A DNA stretch of 39,417 nt from Aquificaceae bacterium (GTDB lineage: Bacteria; Aquificota; Aquificia; Aquificales; Aquificaceae): assembly GCA_039630345.1 (NCBI GenBank), contig JBCNVD010000006.1, forward strand, positions 1-39,417, in the 5' to 3' direction. Numbering within the stretch: the first letter of the stretch is position 1; every line of letters starts with the position of its first letter. The notes under the pieces are model-generated. The model was not told the origin of the DNA, did no database searches, and worked only from the letters and a program-made list of their open reading frames with translations. Below are positions 32,781 through 39,417 of the stretch, piece by piece. The position numbers and the translations under genes were made by a program.

Positions 32781-34829
32781 TTAGGCCATATGATCAGGTG
32801 CTTTTGTATCCTGCTTGCTATCTTGGCATACCACCTCAAAAAATGTGCTAAAGGGGACTCCAGTGCCGGATATTAAGGCGTTTCCAGTTGTTAAAGAAGA
32901 TAGACCGCTTATTAAATCTTCTCTGGCTTGCTCTATAAATGTCTTTAGCGTCTCAAGGTCGCTTGAGTTTACTATTCTGAAAAGAACCTGAGTGTTTAAT
33001 TGAGATAGAACATACTTGCTTACCTGCGCTGGTCTTTGAGTTATCACCGCCAGCCCGAGATTAAACTTTCTGCCCTCCGATGCTATTTTTCTAATCATTA
33101 TTAGAGAAAGGTTTTCTTTGCCAGAGGATGTATCGCCATAACCTCTCTCAGGGGCAAAGTTATGGGCTTCTTCAATTATTACCAATCTTCTCTTTCTGTT
33201 TGTTTTATTGTTGTTGAAAATTTTACTCAGGACAAGACCTGCTATGTTTGTTCTTGTTTCCGGGTCTGTAAGCCGGGAAAAGTCAGCTATTACTATCTTT
33301 TTGTCTGAGTTTATTAATGCTTTTATCTTATCGCAGGTTTGTTGTTGATTGCTGAGCGCATTTTCCCCGTAAAGTTCTTTCAGTAGATTATTTATTTGTT
33401 CTTTTATTCGCTCTGGTTCTTCCACTTCTATGTCTGTATGGTTATCCTGATCTTTTGATTTCTTTGTTTTTTGTTTTTCGTCTTCTACTTTTAGCTCATT
33501 TAATATCTCCTCTAGGCTTCTCTTGCATAGCTCAGAGCTCTGCACTGATGGTCTTATGTACTTTTCCAGCATGGAACTGTTGTCTCTTGCGAGGTTGGAG
33601 TTTCCGGTAACAAGTCTTGCAAACCCTGCTTCTTTAATCAGTTCCTGCACCTGCTCTGCGTATACAGGAAACAGAGACTCTTCAAAGGTTATTAATTGGG
33701 CGCTTTGCAATGGAGATATTTCCTCATAATACTCCCCATGGGCGTCAAAAACAATTATTTGCAAGTCCTCTATGGTTTTTGATAGCTCTGGTATTAGTTT
33801 CTTTTTAACAAAGTAGCTTTTGCCAGAGCCTGTTGTGCCAACAACTAATAGATGCCTCTTTAGAACCTCGCTTGCATCAAAGTAGACTTTTGTATCTGAG
33901 TTTTTTAACTTTCCAATCGGAATGGGTTTTTCCATCTTAAACCCGGAAGAGTTGCTTTTAAGAGCCTCTTCAAGGGATTTTTCTGAAGCTTTATATACTG
34001 GCTTTCCTGCCTCAAAAGGTCTTTGGGGCATATCTAACTTGGAATCTTTGAGTTTTCCAACTACTTCCACCGTGGCTATTTCCACAATGCCTGAATTTGA
34101 ATTAAGGTAAGAATAGATTGCAAACTTTCTCCAGTCTGGATCTTTTGAGTTTGAGAATATTTTTTTAAAGTCTGAAATAGGGGCAAGAACCTCTGACTCC
34201 CTGGAAGAAAAAGGGTTTGCAAAGAAGCTTGTGTTGTATGAATATATGCTACTTACTCTCCCAAGAACCTCTCCGTCTTCATCTACTTTCACATAAGAGT
34301 TTATCTCTATGGGTTCAAGCAAAATAAACTCAAAAGACTGCGGGCGCACCGGGTTTAAAACAAAGCCTACAAGGTCTTTTTTTAGCGGGTAAGAGTATTC
34401 ATTTTTGATTTTCTCAAAGTAATCAATAGCTTGCTTTACCTGAGCTGGGTCTTCGCTGTAGTGGGCCCCTACCTCTATGTTTCCCGTGGATATGTCAGAT
34501 AGTCCGCTATCTGTATAGTTAGCCGAGCCCAGAACAACCTTGCTTTCGTCTATTATTAAAAACTTGGCGTGTAATCTATCGCAAAGGTAAACATGCCCCC
34601 CTGCTTCTTTTATTTTTCTAAAAACTCTCGCATCCGTTATTTCAGAATCCTTTATCTCGCTTGCTCTTAGTATTATCTGTATATCTAGGTTTTTAGATTT
34701 TGCTATGTCGATGAGCTCTTCGAAGTATTTACCCCTTATCCAGGCAGAAGCTAGCTTCAGGCTCTTGCTTGCATTTTTGGCGGAATCTTTTACCCTTTCG
34801 TATATCCCGTCGCTGGTTAGAAATTCCAC
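32781..34829 (-). CDS. PLD (HKD) nuclease domain fused to HAS-barrel and HerA/DUF87 ATPase
   Basis: LHAKFLIID-x6-GSAN (HxKxxxxD); HAS-barrel-like region; HLLVVGTTGSGKS, VFDAHGEY, IIEEAHNF, EGRKFNLG...TQRP; GTG start. Confidence 0.88.
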   Translation of the reverse strand: MEFLTSDGIYERVKDSAKNASKSLKLASAWIRGKYFEELIDIAKSKNLDIQIILRASEIKDSEITDARVFRKIKEAGGHVYLCDRLHAKFLIIDESKVVLGSANYTDSGLSDISTGNIEVGAHYSEDPAQVKQAIDYFEKIKNEYSYPLKKDLVGFVLNPVRPQSFEFILLEPIEINSYVKVDEDGEVLGRVSSIYSYNTSFFANPFSSRESEVLAPISDFKKIFSNSKDPDWRKFAIYSYLNSNSGIVEIATVEVVGKLKDSKLDMPQRPFEAGKPVYKASEKSLEEALKSNSSGFKMEKPIPIGKLKNSDTKVYFDASEVLKRHLLVVGTTGSGKSYFVKKKLIPELSKTIEDLQIIVFDAHGEYYEEISPLQSAQLITFEESLFPVYAEQVQELIKEAGFARLVTGNSNLARDNSSMLEKYIRPSVQSSELCKRSLEEILNELKVEDEKQKTKKSKDQDNHTDIEVEEPERIKEQINNLLKELYGENALSNQQQTCDKIKALINSDKKIVIADFSRLTDPETRTNIAGLVLSKIFNNNKTNRKRRLVIIEEAHNFAPERGYGDTSSGKENLSLIMIRKIASEGRKFNLGLAVITQRPAQVSKYVLSQLNTQVLFRIVNSSDLETLKTFIEQAREDLISGLSSLTTGNALISGTGVPFSTFFEVVCQDSKQDTKAPDHMA

Positions 34830-34914
34830 TGGAAAAATTATAACCTCTTTAAAAAAGCCCTGAAAGGGGTAAAATCTGCATTAAGTGACCTTTAGGCTGG
34901 TTTAATATCTTCTT

Positions 34915-37698
34915 GTGGATGCAATCATCGTAAAAGGGGCTCGCCAGCACAACCTTAAAAACATCAGCGTGAAAATACCCAAAAACACCCTTACTATAAT
35001 CACCGGCCCTTCTGGTTCAGGTAAGTCCTCTCTGGCTTTTGACACCATCTACGCCGAAGGCTATAGAAGGTATGTTGAATCTTTGTCTGCATATGCAAGG
35101 CAGTTTCTTGGCGTTTTGGAAAAGCCAGATGTAGACTCTATAGATGGGCTTTCGCCCGCTATCGCTATAGATCAAAAAACCACCTCCAAAAACCCACGCT
35201 CCACGGTAGGCACTATCACTGAAATCTTCGACTATCTTAGGGTTTTGTTTGCAACGATCGGAAAGCCCCACTGCCCGGAGTGTCTAAGACCCCTCAATGG
35301 TCTTCCTGCCCACGAGATCTTAGAAAGAGTCTGGCAGGATTCGGCAGGCATGCGAATAGCCATCCTTGCACCTCTCGTTCGCGAAAAAAAGGGCGAATTC
35401 AGAGAGCTTTTGAAAGACCTTGATAGAAGGGGCTTTTCCAGAGTCAGGGTAGACGGGCAATACATGCGAATAGCAGAAGTTCCGCCCCTTGAAAAAAACA
35501 GAAAACACAACATAGAGCTCGTTCTTGACAGGTTTACCTTTGAAGATTTTGAACGCCCAAGAGCTTTAAATAGCATCGAAAAAGCCCTGGAAATATCTCA
35601 GGGTCTTGTGCTTATTCACAATCTTGATAACTCTTCGGAAGAGCTCTATAGCGAAAAGCTCATGTGCCCGGAGCACGGCTTTACCATTCCTGAGCTATCT
35701 TCGAGGCTTTTCTCCTTTAACTCACCTCTTGGGGCCTGCAAGACCTGCAAGGGGCTTGGGGTAAAGTGGGAAATTGACGCAAAAGCCATTATTAATCCAA
35801 AACTTCCCGCAATAAATGCCTTCAAGATAACAGAGTCAGGACTTTTTGACTACATTCGCTTCTCTGTGCAAAACATTCTAAAAAAACTTGGCTATGACCC
35901 TCAAACGCCCTTTGGCGAGCTCCCTGCTGGGGTAAAAGACCTTCTGCTATATGGGGGCAAAATCCAAAATGCCCAATTTGAAGGCATTATTCGCCACCTT
36001 GAGAGGCGATTTTTCGAAGAAGACTCCGAGCGCATACGCGAAGAAATAGGCGAATACATAAGAGAGCTCCCATGCCCGGATTGCAAAGGCGCAAGGTTAA
36101 GACCCGAAGCTCTCGCGGTTTTTGTAGGCAATAAAAACATCCACGAAATTTGCACCATGCCACTCTCTCAGGCAAGAGAGTTTTTTATCTCTCTTTATGA
36201 AAATCTACCAAAGCGCGAGCTTGCGCTCGCAGAGAGACTCCTTGAGGAAATAAATCAAAGACTCTGGTTTTTAGTAAGCGTGGGGCTTGACTATTTAGAG
36301 CTTTCAAGGAGCGCAACCACCCTCTCCGGGGGCGAGATGCAAAGAATCAGACTTGCAACCCAGATTGGCTCAAAGCTAAGCGGGGTTTTGTATGTCCTTG
36401 ACGAGCCTTCGATAGGTCTTCACCCAAGAGATACCCAAAGACTCATAAACACCTTAAGAGAGCTCAGAGACCTTGGAAATACCGTCATAGTTGTAGAGCA
36501 TGACCCTGAGACTATCTTAAGCGCAGACTGGATAATCGATATGGGCCCAGGGGCTGGCGAAAATGGCGGGAGGATAGTTGCGCAGGGCACATGCGAGGAT
36601 ATACTCTCACACCCGGAGTCTTTAACAGGTGCATACTTATCTGGCAGGTTATCTATCCCGGTTCCTGAATCAAGAAGGGTTCCCGATGGCAGGCAAATAA
36701 CCATAGTTGGTGCAAAACTTCACAACCTTAAAAACATCACCGTAAAAATACCCGTGGGTCTATTTGTTTGTATAACCGGCGTTTCAGGCAGTGGAAAGTC
36801 AACGCTGATTTACGACATTTTGTGGAATTATGCACGCGGGGTTTTGTCTGGTTCTGACGCAACAAAAGAAGGCTTTGACGAAATTCTTGGTCTTGAGCAA
36901 TTTGACAGGGTTATTAACGTAGACCAATCGCCAATTGGCAGAACGCCAAGAAGCAACCCCGCAACTTACACAAAAATATTTGACCAAATTAGAGAACTCT
37001 TTGCCAAAACCCCGGAGGCAAAATCGAGAGGTTATACATCAAGCAGGTTTTCTTTCAATGTCAAAGGTGGCAGATGCGAAGCCTGCGAAGGCGAAGGGGT
37101 CATAAAGGTCGAGATGCACTTTTTGCCCCCGGTTTATGTAACCTGCGATATTTGCAAGGGCAGGCGATACAATAGCGAAACGCTTCAGATAAGGTACAAA
37201 GACAAAAACATCGCGGAAGTTCTTGATATGACCGTCTCTCAGGCTATGGAGTTTTTTGAAAACATCCCCGGCATTAGAAGAAAGCTAAAGCTCCTTGATG
37301 AAATAGGTCTTGGGTATATAAAGCTTGGTCAGCCCGCAACTACCCTCTCAGGCGGCGAAGCTCAGAGGATAAAGCTCGCAAGAGAGCTCTCAAAAAGAGA
37401 CTCGGGCAAAACGCTCTATCTTCTGGATGAGCCAACCACCGGACTTCATATGGATGATGTAAGAAAGCTCATAGAAATCATCCAAAGGCTCGTAGATAGA
37501 GGCAACACCGTTGTTGTTATAGAACATAACATTGACGTTATCAAATGCGCAGACTGGGTTATAGAACTGGGTCCCGAAGGGGGCTTAGGTGGCGGAAGGG
37601 TTATTTGCGAGGGAACCCCTGAGGATGTTGCCTCGTTTGAAGATTCTCACACAGGGTTTTTTTTAAGAAAAGCCCTCTTTAGCCAGAGAGGTCTTTAG
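34915..37698 (+). CDS. uvrA: Excinuclease ABC subunit A
   Basis: GARQHNLKN, GPSGSGKSSLAFDT, Zn fingers, two LSGGE signatures, second Walker A GVSGSGKS. Confidence 0.97.
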   Translation: MDAIIVKGARQHNLKNISVKIPKNTLTIITGPSGSGKSSLAFDTIYAEGYRRYVESLSAYARQFLGVLEKPDVDSIDGLSPAIAIDQKTTSKNPRSTVGTITEIFDYLRVLFATIGKPHCPECLRPLNGLPAHEILERVWQDSAGMRIAILAPLVREKKGEFRELLKDLDRRGFSRVRVDGQYMRIAEVPPLEKNRKHNIELVLDRFTFEDFERPRALNSIEKALEISQGLVLIHNLDNSSEELYSEKLMCPEHGFTIPELSSRLFSFNSPLGACKTCKGLGVKWEIDAKAIINPKLPAINAFKITESGLFDYIRFSVQNILKKLGYDPQTPFGELPAGVKDLLLYGGKIQNAQFEGIIRHLERRFFEEDSERIREEIGEYIRELPCPDCKGARLRPEALAVFVGNKNIHEICTMPLSQAREFFISLYENLPKRELALAERLLEEINQRLWFLVSVGLDYLELSRSATTLSGGEMQRIRLATQIGSKLSGVLYVLDEPSIGLHPRDTQRLINTLRELRDLGNTVIVVEHDPETILSADWIIDMGPGAGENGGRIVAQGTCEDILSHPESLTGAYLSGRLSIPVPESRRVPDGRQITIVGAKLHNLKNITVKIPVGLFVCITGVSGSGKSTLIYDILWNYARGVLSGSDATKEGFDEILGLEQFDRVINVDQSPIGRTPRSNPATYTKIFDQIRELFAKTPEAKSRGYTSSRFSFNVKGGRCEACEGEGVIKVEMHFLPPVYVTCDICKGRRYNSETLQIRYKDKNIAEVLDMTVSQAMEFFENIPGIRRKLKLLDEIGLGYIKLGQPATTLSGGEAQRIKLARELSKRDSGKTLYLLDEPTTGLHMDDVRKLIEIIQRLVDRGNTVVVIEHNIDVIKCADWVIELGPEGGLGGGRVICEGTPEDVASFEDSHTGFFLRKALFSQRGL

Positions 37699-39417
37699 TG
37701 ATTTGCTCTTTTGAAGGTCTATTATTGCCTTTTGTTTTGCTTGCATAGTACATAAGAGGTATCAAAAATAGCGTCAAAATAGTCGAACCTATAGTTCCAA
37801 AGATTATCGAGATTGCAAGACCGTTGAAAATAGGGTCAAAAACAAGCACGAAAGCCCCGACTATTATGGCAACCGCAGTCAGCACTATTGGCCTTGTCCT
37901 TATAACACCTGATTCAACAACCGCAACATGGGGCGCAACCCCTTGCTGTATTCTATGCTGTGCAAAATCAACCAAAAGTATGGAGTTTCTAACGATAATC
38001 CCCGCCAGAGCTATAAAACCAATCATCGAGGTTGCCGTAAAGAAAGCCCCCATTATCAAGTGTCCCGGCACTATTCCAACAAGAGTGAGCGGTATAGGTG
38101 CCATTATAATGCCCGGCACTTTAAAGTCTTTGAACCATCCAAGGATTAACACATACATAACAAAGAGCGCAATCGCAAACGCCAGCCCAAGATCTCTAAA
38201 GACCTCAAGGGTTATGTGCATCTCACCATCCCACTTTATGTAAATTCCGTCCTCCACAACTGGCTGCGATAGCCAGAGTTCTTTGATTTTACCAAAAGGT
38301 GTTTGTAGGTTTTTAATCTCATCTCTTACATCCAGCACCGCATAAAAAGGTGCTTCTTCTCTTCCTGCAACATCGCCAATTACATAGTTGACTCTTCTTA
38401 AGTTTTTGTGATATATCGTGCTTGGCACTGGTTCTTTACGTAGCTCTACCACTTCAGATAGCGGAACTAAATTCCCGCTCTGGCTTATGAGCTTGAGACT
38501 ATTTAGAGCTTCTATGGACTTTAGCTTCTCGTCCATCTTTATAACTATCGGGGTATGCTCTGTGTCTGTATTCTGGATAATGCCAATTTGCTTTCCGCCA
38601 AAGAGTGATTGGAGTGTTATAACGACCTCTTCTTTGTTAAGCCCTGCCTTTAGAAGTTTTTCCTGATTGATAATTACGCTTATAAGGTCTGTTTGATCTT
38701 CTAAATATATCCCCTCGTCAGTTACGCTCTTTGAGTTTTTGAAAATTTTGAGAACTTCTCTTGCAACGGATTCTTGGGTTTTTAATTCAGGCGCATAAAC
38801 TTCTGCAACGACAGGCGAAAGCACCGGAGGTCCCGGCGGAACTTCAACCACCGCAACATACTTTGCACCGCTTTTGAAAGCAACCTCTCTAACAAGTGGT
38901 CTTAGCTTTTTTGCAAAATCGTGCGATTGCTCTTCTCTTTTGTCTTTGTGGATTAAGTTAATTTGAATATCAGCCAGATTTGAGCTGTTTCTAAGATAGT
39001 AATGTCTTACAAGACCGTTGAAGTTAAAAGGAGAGGAAGTCCCAACATAAATTTGATAGTTTGAGACGAGCGACTGTTTGGAGATTATGTTTGCTATATC
39101 TTTTGCAACCTCGAGGGTTCTCTCAAGGCTTGTGCCCTCTGGCATATCAAGAACTACCTGAACCTCGCTCTTGTTGTCGTATGGGAGCATCTTAACCACT
39201 ACCGCTTTTGAAATCAAAAGCCCTATAGATAGCATCAAAAGCAGGACATTTAAGAAATAAAATGCGTATCTTTTGACATTGCTTGCCAGCATCGGTGCCA
39301 TAATCGAAGAGTAAAACCTCCAGTAAGCGCCGGTTTTATGGTCTTTTTCCGCTTCTCTTTTTGTAAATTGATCTCTAAGGAGGATATAACTGGCCCAGGG
39401 GGTTATTATAAAAGCAA
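37679..39417 (-). CDS. RND efflux transporter permease (AcrB/AcrD/AcrF family), 5' part outside window
   Basis: GIIVRNSILLVDF, RTRPIVLT motifs; frame stays open from 39301 to the window edge (AFIITPWAS...). Confidence 0.9.
   Translation of the reverse strand, partial: AFIITPWASYILLRDQFTKREAEKDHKTGAYWRFYSSIMAPMLASNVKRYAFYFLNVLLLMLSIGLLISKAVVVKMLPYDNKSEVQVVLDMPEGTSLERTLEVAKDIANIISKQSLVSNYQIYVGTSSPFNFNGLVRHYYLRNSSNLADIQINLIHKDKREEQSHDFAKKLRPLVREVAFKSGAKYVAVVEVPPGPPVLSPVVAEVYAPELKTQESVAREVLKIFKNSKSVTDEGIYLEDQTDLISVIINQEKLLKAGLNKEEVVITLQSLFGGKQIGIIQNTDTEHTPIVIKMDEKLKSIEALNSLKLISQSGNLVPLSEVVELRKEPVPSTIYHKNLRRVNYVIGDVAGREEAPFYAVLDVRDEIKNLQTPFGKIKELWLSQPVVEDGIYIKWDGEMHITLEVFRDLGLAFAIALFVMYVLILGWFKDFKVPGIIMAPIPLTLVGIVPGHLIMGAFFTATSMIGFIALAGIIVRNSILLVDFAQHRIQQGVAPHVAVVESGVIRTRPIVLTAVAIIVGAFVLVFDPIFNGLAISIIFGTIGSTILTLFLIPLMYYASKTKGNNRPSKEQITKDLSG

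Noticed and set aside
34830..34914. SOS/LexA box between uvrA and the PLD-HerA gene
   Set aside because: No recognisable LexA consensus or strong palindrome; only -10-like hexamers

Overview
A very compact (nearly all coding) stretch of bacterial chromosome. Gene content and protein style suggest Aquificota (Aquificaceae-like); this is inference, not a database result. Most genes are housekeeping and functionally unrelated to their neighbours: fmt, tsaD, ctpA, mnmG, tsaB, cysM, arsC, leuA, rpsT, murJ, dnaX, clpC, smc, comM/yifB, purQ/purS, ilvC, epmA, fur, uvrA, a partial RND pump and tRNA-His(GUG). I saw no mobile element, CRISPR array or rRNA. The best candidate for an undescribed system is a stand-alone PLD(HKD)-nuclease/HAS-barrel/HerA ATPase fusion (32781-34829). 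It lies divergent from uvrA and upstream of a Fur / Cys-rich protein / RNase H-like YkuK unit. Other signals: (i) about a dozen genes lack an SD but have a TAnnnT -10 box 5-9 nt before the start codon, suggesting widespread leaderless transcription, and some have symmetric bidirectional promoters; (ii) the palindrome AGAGCTCT occurs at least 21 times, in all reading frames; (iii) tandem Fur-box-like repeats cover the fur start; (iv) a TatD-radical SAM fusion, a V4R-like/LpxE-like/ArnT-like envelope module and a candidate 30-aa membrane protein.
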